This document shows, in pieces, positions 52,901 to 63,112 of a DNA stretch of 64,000 bases. The position numbers were made by a program, and so were the translations under genes. The stretch's first letter is position 1. Each line of letters starts with the position of its first letter. The notes under the pieces were generated by a model. That model was not told the DNA's origin and did no database searches. It saw only the letters and a list, made by a program, of their open reading frames with translations. This DNA is from Lingula anatina (lineage: Eukaryota; Animalia; Brachiopoda). Location: the NCBI GenBank assembly GCA_051362555.1, contig CM120646.1:5270001-5334000 (forward strand), written 5' to 3'.

Positions 52901-55900
52901 TTTGAGTAAAATTTGTTGAAAAAAAAATAGAATGTCTAAGTGAATCTTTTATCTAAATTTTGAAGCACAGGCTTGTTACATAATTTTACTGTTTTGTAAG
53001 GTGTTGTTTGTTAGTTCTGCAGCAATGCTCTCCATTGGTCTCCATTGTTTTTCTTCTCATCAGTAGTCACAGGTTTCAACAGGCATTATATCTTTGTGCT
53101 ACAGCTTGCTGGCTTAAGCTTCTAAAAACTGACTGATATCTTGAAATCTGCTAAGAAGCTATTAATTAAAAACCTCACCCCAACCTCCTTATAAGAATAT
53201 GAAATAAGGGAGAAGTCCCTCAAAATTTTGAAACTTGGAATTTATAAATACAGCCAGTAAGGTTGTGGTTTTTGAGGGTAACCACTGAGCTCTACCTATA
53301 TACAATTTTGTAATACTGAATTCTATTAAACTGGGATTTAATGGGCAAACTAACTTTCAAAATATAAACATCCTGATTATCTGTTTTTAACTATGAAAAT
53401 ACCAGATTACTTCCTGTTACTGTTCACAAATTGATTGGTTGGTTGGTTGATCGGTTGGATGATTGAATGAGGGGTTAGGTGGGTGGTTTGTTGGTTGATT
53501 GGTTGGATGGATGGTTGGTTGGATGGTTGAATGAGGGGTTGGATGGGTGGTTGATTGGATGGATGGCAGGTTGGTTGGTTGGTTGGATGGATGGTTGATT
53601 GAGAATGGATAATCATGGGTGACACAAACCACTTCAATAATAACTGCCTATAAGTGTATAATGGACAGGGGTTCTTCAGACATTTAAATCCATAAACTTC
53701 TGTGTGTGTATATATATATATAAATATATCATACTCATGTATTGCATACAGGTGGCCGGTGCATCACCGCTTTCTGTCTGCTGCTAGCTGCTAACTAATC
53801 ATTAACATGGCCGGACCACTTTTCACCATTCAGCTTTTCCAGGATCGTTCACCGCCAGGATACCCAGCATGCTGTGCGTATCGGCTCTTTAATTCTTCAC
53901 AGCGTAGGTCAGCTGCTGCCCCACCAGATAGCGAGTGGGAAGTTCCACACGCGGGACACTATATATCCTGTAAGTATTTGGGCTTCAACACTTACAAATA
54001 TCTGGATATATCTTTTACTTTGATATTGAGAATTGACCATTTCTAAGGAATTGTTTTAATTACTGAAACAGTGACAAGTAGAAAGAAAGTAGTAAAGTAT
54101 CAATTAAACGGTGCATTTTGCATTATGGATAAAAGCAACGAAATTTATTCTTATTTACTCATTCAGACATCATCTAAATGACAGTGAAAATTCCTGTTTA
54201 CCCTTCTCCCTTTGTTGGATGTGGTAGAGTTTTGTTATGATATAGATATTTACCCATGGTTTCCTTTCCTGCCAGGTTGGATTCCGTATCACCAGGTTCT
54301 ACTGGAGCATGCACCACCTGAAGAAACGCTGCAAATACATGTGCAGCATCTCCGACAAAGACGGGCATCCCGAGTTTGAGGTCAAGGTCATGGAAGAGGG
54401 AATGCCAGAGGTCGCTTTCAAAGAGGCCACGCCAAAGGGTAAATAAAGCCTACAAGATCCCCTATTTTGCTAACCAACTTTATTCAGTACTATGAATTTC
54501 TTAAAATAAATTTATTAGTCAAGATTGTAAAAATTGGCCAAAAAAAAAAAAAAGAGTTAATTTTAGTCCTTTTTAATTGACATCCACAAATTAGGTAGTG
54601 GGAAAAGACTGTCATTCAGATTCTTAAACAACTAAGATTATTGGCTATTTGGTTTCATGGGAATGGAGTTAAACTGTTGGAAAATAGTTAACATAAGTTT
54701 TCCTACTTAATGTGTATGTACCCCCTACTTATGTAAATTACATCTAGAAATTCTTAAGTAGCTTAGAATTTGTTAATAATTGAATTTGCTCATAAAACCT
54801 CTCAATATTTCCACAGAGGCGTGGATGCACCTGCTGACACCTATGGAGAAGATGAGGAGGGACGCCGACCTCGTCAAGATGTTCCCTGCTTATATGGATG
54901 GAGAAGATCTGTTTGGACTTCATGAACCAATCATTGTGCAGCTTATAGAGTCTGTAAGTCATATAGTTGGGACAGGATTCTTAAACAGTACATTATAACC
55001 AAATGCCACTGAAATAATTTTTTATGAAAGAGTCTATGAATCAGATATATGTGATTGGCCCTAGTTTTATTTGTAGCATGCTGTTTTTACCTTAAACTGT
55101 TCAGTGTAAGGGCATGACACCGAAATGGGTTTTCCTACATAGAATATAACTTGACATTTAACTTCCTGTGTTGCTAATATTCAGATAGTAAAAAAAGACA
55201 AAATTTTTTCCAGTGATTAGTAATCCGATTGAACATAAATTTGGTGCTTCTCATGCCAACATTTTAATAATTTTTATGTTTCTTTTTTCATCCCCCCTTC
55301 AGCTCCCGGGCACAGATCTGCTGCATAACTACAGTTTTAAGTTTGGCCGCAGCCCTCTGATAGAGATGCCTCTGGCCATTAACCCCACTGGCTGTGCCAG
55401 ATCAGAACCCAAACTCAGGACACACTTCAGGAGGTACGTTGAAAATCACGATGAAAATTTCTTTAAATAACAAAACTTGGGCCCTTTTCACATTTTAGGT
55501 AGTTTTTTTTTTTCTACCGCACCATTTTGACTGGACTTAAATCACTCTGCCAAATCACTCTCCCAAACTTCTTCAATTTTTGACATTTCATAAGAGAATA
55601 TAATATATGATTTGATAAAATATAAATGAGACCTTGTTTTTTTTTTTTAGACCTCATACATTCCACAGCAGCAATACCCAATTTTTTACATTAGATGAGA
55701 GAAAATAATCTGTAATAATGTTTTTTTAATGTTGTTTGTTTTAGACCTCATACCCTCCACAGCAGTAAAACTCACTCCCTCCCCAGTACAGTGACCGGAG
55801 TGACCAGTGAGGTGGACTCTCCATACTTCAAACAGTTTGTCCACTCCAAGTCTCAGCAGTACAGAAGGATGAAGACAGAGTGGAGAAGCTTGGTTTACCT

Positions 55901-57357
55901 GGCTAGGTCAAGAATTCAGGTGAGAAATTAATAGATATATTTTTTAAAAATCTTTGCGTTAACGTTATGCGTAGCTAGGTCAAGAATACGGGTAACGAAG
56001 GACTTGAAAATGCATTTATGTCTTACCTAAGAAGACCAAATACAGGTAATGAATAAGTAAATAAATAGACAAATGAAAAACATTACCTGTATTTATGTCT
56101 TACCTAGCAAAGCCAAAAATACAGGTAATGAATAAATAAATAGATAATTGAAAATCATTGCATTTACGTCTTACAATGCTAGGCCAAAAGTGCAGGTAAT
56201 GAATACTAAATGCAAAGATAAATGAAAAACATTGCATTTACGTCTTACAAAGCAAGGTTAAAAGTACATGTGATGAATAGAAATAAAAAGTTAAATGAAA
56301 ACATTTTTTTAAAAGTGAACAAATTAATAGATAAATAAGTAGACAAAAGTTACATATATGGTCTTATTAGCAACCTGAAAAAATCATGTAAAAAAGAAAA
56401 AGAAACGATGTATTGATCTCTTCCTCCCACCTTCCCTTCCAGGGCCTTGGCCTTTATGCTGCCAGAGACACTGAGAAACACACAATGGTGATAGAGTACA
56501 TTGGGGAACTCATCAGGAACGAGACAGCAGAGATGAGAGAGAAGATCTACGAGGCCTCGGTGAGTGCTGTCTTCTCATATACATCAAGTCTTATAACCAG
56601 GTCACTTGGTTTGGTTATTTATCTTTATGCATAGCTGATCATTTTTATTAGCTGACTTGCCATTTGTCCACAAACCCATGATGGATCTTTGTACTGAGAT
56701 ATTATATAGTTGCTATGCTTCACTCCCTTTAAAATAGCATTTATGACTGCTTGGCTTTTATAGTGATGCTGATGAATTACAATGTGCAGTTTTTCTCCTG
56801 TTTTTAAAGGGTTTTTTAAATCACAGCCTTGTTGTGACTAGATTTTTGAAGAAAACTGAATTTTTCTCCTCAGAATCGTGGTATCTACATGTTCCGTATC
56901 AACGATGACACAGTTGTGGATGCTACAATGTCTGGCGGCCTTGCTCGCTACGTCAACCACTCCTGCAACCCCAACTGTGTAGCGGAGGTGGTGCCATTTG
57001 AAAAGGAAAGCAAAATCATTATTATTGCCAAGAGAAGAATTGCTACTGGGGAAGAGGTAAAACAAAATAAAGGAAAACAAGTGTTTGATTGATCATCAGT
57101 ATTACAATTTTTTCTGATAAACAAGCAATGTACTACTATCAGATGATGATGACTACAAATTATAATTTACCTAGTTAAAGGGAATTACAAAATGGTTAAG
57201 GGAAAGCTTTGTGGCTGCACTTTTTCAGATGATTGTACACCTTTTTGATGATTTATTCTTTTAGCTCACATATGACTACAAGTTTGACTTTGAAGATGAA
57301 CAGCACAAGATCCCTTGCTGTTGTGGGGCACCTAACTGCCGCAAGTGGATGAACTGA
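6061..57357 (+). CDS. KMT2C: Histone-lysine N-methyltransferase 2C-like (KMT2C/MLL3, KMT2C/D-Trr family), multi-exon, about 5,614 aa
   Basis: Manual exon chain with consistent phases, total 16,845 nt (divisible by 3): 6061-6067,6588-6756,6977-7264,7727-7936,8288-8427,8603-8712,9031-9371,9785-9899,10315-10505,11714-11825,12379-12463,12643-12767,13109-13282,13685-13828,14194-14289,14629-14733,15012-15193,15477-15641,15830-15945,16277-16558,16924-17184,17391-17488,17630-17867,18203-18370,18619-18864,19252-19432,19629-19911,20127-20177,20560-20866,21219-22135,25270-25453,25634-26062,26473-26693,26941-27469,27627-31009,31312-31490,31981-32147,32618-32778,34292-34447,34702-35343,39184-39322,39599-39787,40102-40239,40611-40781,41226-41414,41635-41871,43126-43353,45287-45390,45976-46117,46520-46804,47241-47432,47722-47935,48132-48295,48560-48660,48859-48969,49274-49424,49761-49996,50378-50575,50907-51121,51426-51669,52106-52218,53843-53969,54276-54438,54817-54953,55303-55433,55745-55919,56443-56559,56874-57056,57265-57357. 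KMT2C/D hallmarks: [48 protein letters not shown]-terminal CRKWMN. An in-frame TAA at 6052 upstream supports ATG 6061. Confidence 0.95.
7727..11825 (+). CDS. KMT2C: KMT2C first PHD cluster (extended PHD1, PHD2, PHD3, zinc knuckle plus PHD4), 7 exons
   Basis: [17 protein letters not shown]; [12 protein letters not shown]; [14 protein letters not shown]...YHYPCA; CVVCDQAG...[11 protein letters not shown]; [13 protein letters not shown]; [15 protein letters not shown]...WKCKNC; CPVCGKAY...YVHNDCD...YVCSVCK. Confidence 0.95.
12379..14289 (+). CDS. KMT2C: KMT2C acidic/basic linker exons between PHD clusters (5 exons)
   Basis: Canonical GT-AG sites with matching phases. Ends [16 protein letters not shown], similar to the KMT2C sequence preceding PHD5. 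Confidence 0.8.
14629..15945 (+). CDS. KMT2C: KMT2C second PHD cluster (PHD5-7), 4 exons
   Basis: [32 protein letters not shown]; [14 protein letters not shown]...[20 protein letters not shown]...WKCKWC; CPVCKKHY...[14 protein letters not shown]...YHCLMCRP. Confidence 0.95.
16277..19432 (+). CDS. KMT2C: KMT2C post-PHD region exons (7 exons), including conserved KPGVGGF and [16 protein letters not shown] blocks
   Basis: [33 protein letters not shown]|[10 protein letters not shown] resemble KMT2C/D conserved blocks. The intron at 17489 has a GC donor. Confidence 0.88.
19629..20177 (+). CDS. KMT2C: KMT2C HMG-box exons
   Basis: [57 protein letters not shown]|QKARENRA, typical of the KMT2C/D HMG box. 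Confidence 0.93.
20560..27469 (+). CDS. KMT2C: KMT2C Pro/Gln/Gly-rich disordered region exons (6 constitutive exons)
   Basis: EQERQWK, repeated DPYAxPPxTPRP motifs, RQHLRELL, polyQ, DGLDELL. Phases are consistent. Confidence 0.85.
22448..22555 (+). CDS. Candidate alternative cassette exon A of KMT2C (108 nt, phase 0-0)
   Basis: ctttgcag|GTG...GTG|gtcagt, open in the KMT2C frame: [36 protein letters not shown]. Confidence 0.35.
23670..23834. repeat. Fold-back inverted repeat (about 70-bp arms), probably a MITE
   Basis: agaacagccgactaacagacccacggatcaaata...gcttgttgcttaat pairs with attatgcaacaagc...tatttgatccgcagatctgttagtccgctgttct. Confidence 0.8.
23991..24098 (+). CDS. Candidate alternative cassette exon B of KMT2C (108 nt, phase 0-0)
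   Basis: Long polypyrimidine tract plus ttctag|, perfect donor GGG|gtaagt, open frame: [36 protein letters not shown]. Confidence 0.55.
25220..25256 (+). repeat. (TAT)n microsatellite just upstream of an acceptor
   Basis: tattattattgttattattattattattattattact. Confidence 0.85.
25636..25929 (+). repeat. Coding minisatellite, 14 x 21 bp, encoding (P/S)QGQMPG heptads
   Basis: cctcaagg(t/a)cagatgcc(t/a)ggt units in frame within exon 25634-26062. Confidence 0.95.
27022..27099 (+). repeat. CAA/CAG polyglutamine tract (Q5-L-Q20)
   Basis: Mixed caa/cag codons in exon 26941-27469. Confidence 0.9.
27627..31009 (+). CDS. KMT2C: KMT2C giant internal exon (3,383 nt) containing the 22-aa Cys/His repeat array
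   Basis: Open frame from tttcag|CT to [17 protein letters not shown]|gtgggt. The 3' end matches a conserved KMT2C/D block. Confidence 0.88.
27995..29491 (+). repeat. Coding tandem array, 23 x 66 bp (last copy partial), encoding [22 protein letters not shown]
   Basis: Unit starts at 27995, 28061, ... 29447, an exact 66-bp period without indels. Confidence 0.97.
30836..30897 (+). repeat. 3 x 21-bp coding repeat (SGMVPPT)
   Basis: tc(a/t)ggcatggt(g/a)cctccaaca repeated. Confidence 0.8.
31312..35343 (+). CDS. KMT2C: KMT2C coiled-coil and Met/Pro/Gln-rich exons (5 exons)
   Basis: [34 protein letters not shown] and ARKAG...[27 protein letters not shown] resemble the conserved KMT2C coiled coil. 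The donor at 35343 (TCT|gtacgt) is the best phase-0 site. Confidence 0.85.
34880..35070 (+). repeat. Degenerate coding repeat of about 24 bp (xxMMPQxx), about 7 copies
   Basis: Repeated atgatgcc(a/g)ca(g/a). Confidence 0.75.
36603..37170 (+). mobile_element. Helentron/HINE-like non-autonomous element with terminal hairpin, (GTCGCC)n microsatellite and 159-bp tandem repeats
   Basis: Palindrome tatgtacagacac-agat-gtgtctgtacata at 36603-36632, GTCGCC run at 36654-36702, ca(g/a)gtcaagttc anchors at 36789, 36948 and 37107 (period 159). This layout is known from mollusc satellite-carrying Helentron/HINE elements. Confidence 0.65.
37540..38790 (+). repeat. Degenerate tandem repeat, about 340-360-bp period, about 4 copies
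   Basis: tggcattttcaaggtgtgact...gaagacc...ttatgtaatattgcatcaaaat recurs near 37572, 37934, 38269 and 38607. Confidence 0.7.
39184..48969 (+). CDS. KMT2C: KMT2C central-distal exons (15 exons): DENNPFS block, basic NLS-like [31 protein letters not shown]
   Basis: Canonical splice sites apart from a GC donor at 45391. Several short blocks resemble vertebrate KMT2C. Confidence 0.8.
45591..45764. mobile_element. Small MITE (174 bp)
   Basis: TIRs ctggggtagtgcta / tagtgctaccccag, flanking direct repeat taata (45586-45590, 45765-45769), internal ttggctaa/ttagccaa motifs. Confidence 0.6.
49274..50575 (+). CDS. KMT2C: KMT2C exons with [14 protein letters not shown] block and CxxC...FCSxxC zinc motif
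   Basis: [36 protein letters not shown]; YCRHCDVLV...[10 protein letters not shown]. Confidence 0.9.
50907..52218 (+). CDS. KMT2C: KMT2C C-terminal extended PHD (3 exons)
   Basis: [45 protein letters not shown]...[27 protein letters not shown]...FFQDKTILCPVH. Confidence 0.96.
53431..53602 (+). repeat. Compound tetranucleotide microsatellite (TTGG/GATG/TGAT)
   Basis: ttggttggttggttgatcggttggatgg... in an intron. Confidence 0.85.
53843..55433 (+). CDS. KMT2C: KMT2C FYRN, FYRC and WDR5-interacting (Win) motif exons
   Basis: [17 protein letters not shown]...[14 protein letters not shown]; [23 protein letters not shown]; [11 protein letters not shown]. Confidence 0.96.
55745..57357 (+). CDS. 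KMT2C: KMT2C SET and post-SET exons (4 exons)
   Basis: [18 protein letters not shown]...[10 protein letters not shown]...YMFRI...[20 protein letters not shown]...EELTYDYKF...[15 protein letters not shown]. Confidence 0.98.
55896..56285 (+). repeat. Degenerate 55-77-bp tandem repeat derived from an exon end and its 5' splice site
   Basis: tacctggctaggtcaagaattcag|gtgag is followed by about 5 decayed copies (tacctagcaaagccaaaaatacaggtaatgaat etc.). Confidence 0.75.
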
Positions 57358-60300
57358 AGAGGTCACCACTTTTCAATACACTACCAGCATAGAGTTAGAA
57401 CAGAAAAAAATGTGATTTGGACCAGTTCTGATTGATATTTTTTAAAAGAAAAACAAGGAGAACAATGAAAGGAACAAGAACATCCTTGGTTTCATAAGGA
57501 GATTATGTGAAAAGAATAAAGAAGGAAGAAGAGTGATTCAAGTTCGCAATCATTGGAGGGTATTTAAAAATTCATAGGGCCTGTATATAAGCTGGAAGAA
57601 AACCCAGTCAACTCAGTGTGAATATTGGCCACAAAACATGCTGCATTTCACATCTGATGTTGATTTATGAAAAACCAGTTTGCCACAAAATATCAATACT
57701 GTGGCTCACCACGGACAGATAAAATGCTACAAGGGAGCTATGGTATTGTCTATGCCTGTCATAATTCTGGAATACCTCATTATTAATCACCGAGTTAATG
57801 TATGTCTCCCTTGGAAGAGGGCAAGAGGAGTTGGAGACATGAACTTAATTATGTTATTTTATCTCAAAATTGTGAATTTTATGATATTGCAAACTGCACA
57901 ATATATGATCATGCAAGAAAACAGCTGTCAAGCGCGGTAAAGCTCCAGTGAACCTTTTTTAGATAGTCTGTGGCAGAAGTTCAGTCATGAGTAATTGAGA
58001 AGGTTGTGGCAGAAGCTGACTTCTGGTGAGTTATTGGTTGGCTATGTTGATTTGTGCAGAATCTGCAGAATCCTTGTGAGTCAGCCACTTGGAGGTTACA
58101 TCCCAGAAAACTTCTACATAACAGAAATTGTGATCGAGTAACAACAAAAGGGAGAAACACAGTGCGGTAACAGACGTGCAGATGCATTGAAGTGCTGGGA
58201 CTGTTTGGAAACTCTACAGCTAGCGTGGGTGTGATTTGAATGCTGACTCCAGCTCAAAACAGTCCTAGACCATTGTGTTTCTTCAAAGACACCTTGCAGC
58301 TGTGGTTACCTGCTCTCTCTAGTTTATTGTCTACAGCTATGGTGTCTTTCCCTTGGATATCATTGATAAACATTTCAACATACTCTTTGGTATGCTCCTT
58401 GTTCTATAAATATTGATTTTTTTTTCAAATGTAATTTATAGCCATTGAATGGGGAAGGCATTCAATACCTTTAGAGTTTTGTCTTTTGACAAATTATTTT
58501 GCAGACATAAATTAATGTTCACAGAGTCAATATTTGTTATTTGGAGAAAACCCAGACGTCTGGATGGAATTGATGTTTGAAATTATTTCTTTCAATCTCT
58601 GTGGTATGTTATTGGCATTATTTCTTGGCACATTGTGCTATTGATTTCATTATTATATTTTCTTGCTGCCTTTATTTTCTCGTATTTTTCATTTTGTCTG
58701 TCATTTTTTGTCCAAATAGTTTCCCCATTTATTGAACCGCCATTTATATCAAACATTGTTTGAACAAGTGAATTATTTGACCTTTTTCAAATAAGCAGTA
58801 GTGCGTGTAAATATGTTACAGAATTATTATTTCTGGTTGATATTTTGGATCGTTTATTAAGCGCCTCCACACTGTGGATGGTAACTGATGACGTGGTAAA
58901 CATTTTTTTGGCTGTCTTTATTGAATTTGTGAGTTTGATTTATTCTGCAGATGATCTCATCTCAATTATTTATTAATAGATTGAGTTATTCATTGTTACA
59001 ACTGTTTTTTCTGGCATTGAATTTTTTGTCATTATTGTTTTTTTGGTGGGACTTAGTGTTATAGGTACCTCCAGCAGTGTTGACTTTGTTTGTTGACATT
59101 GTTTAGTAACATGTTAGTTAAAATGACTGTGTCGTAACCATGTCATTTTGTGTAAGGTTGCATTAAGCTAGCCAAGAGAATTTTTATAAAATATTTGTTT
59201 ACGTGTCATGTACTTTTTTATAGGAAAAAAATAAAGAAATTTCTGCTGTTGAACAAACATGTCACAGCATTAGATGATGCAGCCCAATTTACTCAGCCTC
59301 ATTAACATGTGGATTGGACAAAAAATGCGCGTTTATGTAAATGTTAATACCATGGTGGGGCAATAATTGTGGAAATGATTGCAGTCAGTAATGTTTATGT
59401 TCAGTCATTAAGGACCTTTATAAAGTGTATAAAAAACTTGTACTTTATTATGTGTACTGTAAGGCTGATGACATGTAAATTGACGTTCAGCTGTACTTTT
59501 ACTATAACCTCCTATGTAGATAAACTAATAGAACAACATCTCACTTATTGCCATTGAAACTTCTGATTGGTGAAGTTGAAAGAAATTTGGGGATTTCTGA
59601 CTATGGAGCCAGACAGTGTTAATGTTGTATGGTATAGCTTTCTCCACTGATGACATCAGTATCAAAACCTGTGATGTCATCATCATAAAGTGATGATGTT
59701 ACAATCATGAACTGATGATGTCATTATCAAAATTAATGATGTCACCTCAGAATTGATGAGGTCATGGATAGCACCTGTGTGACTCACATTTTTGATACAT
59801 TTATGGTTAAGTATGGTAAGGACAGTCTTTTCTCTTTTATTACGTTTTCCCCCCTGTGTAATATACCCCGGGGACCTGTACATAGGAAGGTAAATTATAT
59901 ATACACCACAAGCTCTGGGAGTCCTATTTTCTACTACCTGTTGTACAAGAATTATGTGTATAAGTATTTGTAAGTAGTACATATAATATATATATATATA
60001 AATATATAAATATAAAGAAAGATATGTATATGGTGAAGTAAATGGTGAGACAAACAGGTTATAACAGGGATGCTAGTCATCCTAATGTATTTACTTAATT
60101 ATTTACTTTGTTATAGTTTAGATTTTTTGGCAAGTGGCTAAATGGCAGCATAGTCAATTTTTTTAGGGATGTTACCGACAGACACTTTAGAAATATGTAG
60201 ATTTGTGTATTAGTTATTCAGTAAGCTTGTTTTTCTACAATCCATTAGATCACCCATATGCCATGTTTGAGAATTTTTTGGCCAGTAGGTGCAGACAACA

Positions 60301-61050
60301 TTCTTAGTTAATGGACTTTAAGTGACCAGTCATAAGTGGACAAAACTGGCCATACTGGATCAGTACTGGTCAAGGAAACTGACCATTGAGGGTCAGAGAG
60401 GGAGGGTACTGAACTGGTTTGTGGGACAGTGAATGATTAATATGTCACTGGAGGTCTGCTCTGTAGAAAGCAGTTAATTATGCTAGACATGGCATCAGTA
60501 TGATTAGAAACAGGTGTACAGTGAAATGCAATCATCACACTTAAAATAATAAACATTTATACTTACTGAAAAAATCTTGTTGTTTACTAAACAATATTAG
60601 CAGATAAGTTTCTAATATAATGAGTGAAGTTGTGAGAAAAGAAATTAATAGATCTAAGATCCCATTGCAAATATGCTCCAATACATCTACATTATTATTA
60701 TTTTTTTTTGGGGGGGGGGGGAGTTTTTTAAAATGCATAGCTTTAATATCAGTTTCATAAGACATGACTAATTTGATTACCCTCTCTACTAACCACATTT
60801 CTAAATATTGATCGAGCCTTTCAGATAGTAAAGGAATTCCTTTTGCTCTGTGAAACTAAGAGTAATAATTTCATAGCATTTTATTTAACGTGTAATATCA
60901 TAAAATCCACCCTCATGCATTCAAACTGGAAGAATCCTATCCTGAAAGGTACGAACCTGTATATTTGAATTCACTACTGCATTAGAGTTTTTGTTGTACA
61001 TTGTCCTATTGAATATTAACGTATATAAATAAACTAAAATAAATATGTAA
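57358..61050 (+). other. Putative long 3' UTR of KMT2C with candidate poly(A) signals
   Basis: U-rich, ORF-poor sequence. AATAAA at 59230 and tandem AATAAA at 61028/61038, preceded by TGTA elements. Confidence 0.45.
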
Positions 61051-61989
61051 GCATAAACAATTTTGTGATTTAAGACACAATACCACAGTGCATAAATAAT
61101 TTAATTTGGGTCCACTTTAGATTATTATAATGTGTCATTGAAAACAATGGATAATAAATTCTACCAGGCTGACGGCAGTCGCCCAGGTGCTACGGGGGTG
61201 GGTGGGTGGGGAGAGAGGAGGGGGTGGGGGTACAACCTGCAGTTGGCCAAAGGGCTGTTTACACAAAAGCAAATGGCACTTCCAACCGCACATCCATCAC
61301 TTTATACAGCGTGGCAATTACAGCTGACTGTGTCACACTCACTATTTCATTAGCACAGCAGTGGCAACCAAGGTCGCCGTAAACTACGCAGTTCGCAGCC
61401 TCTGCCCCACAAAACTTAACTAACTAAACATTGATCCTCACTATAAGCAATGGGCTCTGACGTAATAATATGTCTGGGTCTGCGTGCATATTGCACGCCG
61501 CCGATTCCACAAATATTGAACTCTGACAGCAACTTATGTTATATGTATCTTTTTGTCTGGATTAGTCACGTAGAGAAATCAATAAAAACGAGCCAAGTTA
61601 ATGTGCTCAGTGCCTGGATCGATGGAGAGTCGCCGTGCTGCCACTGCACCCAAAACATGCATACAACCTATGGACTCTCTCAATCAAAAATGAACTCGTC
61701 CGACTGTCTGGCTCGCTGTAATCTATTTCGACGGGCTAGCTTTCCGTCTGGGTAAGATTTTATCCCGAAAATGACAAAGTATCGCCAAAAATCGTAAACC
61801 AGGGTCTTTGCCTGCTTCTCCTTGACCCTCGGAGGCTATACAGTGGCCGAAGGAGAGAGGGTTAAACGAGAAGAGACGTTAGAGTGTTACTGAGCCCCGC
61901 GATCAGCTGGCGTCGGCCACAGCCACTGCTAATATCTCCTCGCCGCCATTGTATGCATCGGATATGTTGTTTTAACCAGGCCACGATCA

Positions 61990-62062
61990 ATGGATTTATC
62001 GAGGAAAATGCTGAGTTTTGTGGCCATATTCTTACATTGTGGTTTATTACACATCGTATGGG
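61990..62062 (+). CDS. First coding exon (signal peptide) of a downstream secreted or membrane protein gene
   Basis: MDLSRKMLSFVAIFLHCGLLHIVWG: basic n-region, hydrophobic h-region and VWG cleavage-like end, then phase-1 donor G|gtaagt. It sits in a CpG-richer segment (about 61370-62110) with TATA-like ctataa (61441) and CRE-like tgacgtaa (61458). Confidence 0.55.
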
Positions 62063-62947
62063 GTAAGTGACACTGGTATTTTGCTGCTATGTTAAAGGGG
62101 CAAGCGGCCGAGTGGTGAAATCTACACTGTAAATATCCACCGATTACTTCATAAAATTAGGTCATCATCTTTCTCTCCAACTTGAAGTTCAAGTCCTTCA
62201 GCTTCCACCTAAAAATAGAATACCAGACTATTCTCATATCTTGATATCTGCCAAGTTCCTAACATATGTCTTATGATTGTGCAGTAGTTTAAATGTTTGA
62301 AAAGCTGACTGTTAATTGTTATTGGCATTTTGTGTTGTCATTTTTTTCTTGTGAGCCATATTTTTCTGGTTATAAACTGGATGTGGAAAGGCACTTGCCC
62401 TTTCCTCCACAATGTCATATTTTTTTTAATATCTGTCCAAACAAAATTGATGACAGTGTGTTTACCAAATTACCAGTGAAGAACTTTATTGATATCAGCC
62501 ATGGTGTTATAAAGCTACATATGGTTACAAAATTACAATTACACAAATAAATAGTAACGTATACTGTTTGATATGATGAGTAATATGTAATGAGTATGTA
62601 TACTATGTAGCAACCTTCCAGGCTCGTACCTAATACCAATATTTGAAGACCCAGCCCATATAATATTGTTGTCAGATACCATGTACTTGGTTGTTTGATG
62701 TGTGGACACAGATGATGGGGAAGTTTTGCTTGTGATCAAGGCGATAGTGTTGGATCAACCTAACCAAATGTCTCATTTGAAGATCGAAATAGCAAAACTC
62801 TAGCGATGACACATAAACCCATCTAAATAGTAAAAATTGAATTGTTACACAATTCCTGTACTAACCCTAAGCTTGGATAAGACCAAAACAATACAGTTCT
62901 TACCCAGTCGGAATCATTATCCTATATTGACATAAGCATCGACACAC

Positions 62948-63065
62948 TTCTCCCCTCCCTCCCTCTCTCTCTCCTCCTCTCTCTCTCACACGCACGCACA
63001 CACACACACACACACGCATATTAATATTGTCATTAGCATGTAAACCTCTTCTCCTCCTCTCTCTT

Positions 63066-63109
<44 letters not shown>

Positions 63110-63112
63110 ACG
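62948..63112 (+). repeat. Duplicated (CT)n(CA)n microsatellite cassette
   Basis: Two CT-then-CA blocks about 95 bp apart. Confidence 0.8.

Noticed and set aside
53407-53637. Pro/Gln/Asn-rich minus-strand ORFs
   Set aside because: Translation of a tetranucleotide microsatellite.
57680-60798. Short ORFs downstream of the KMT2C stop
   Set aside because: AT-rich, non-coding composition consistent with a 3' UTR.
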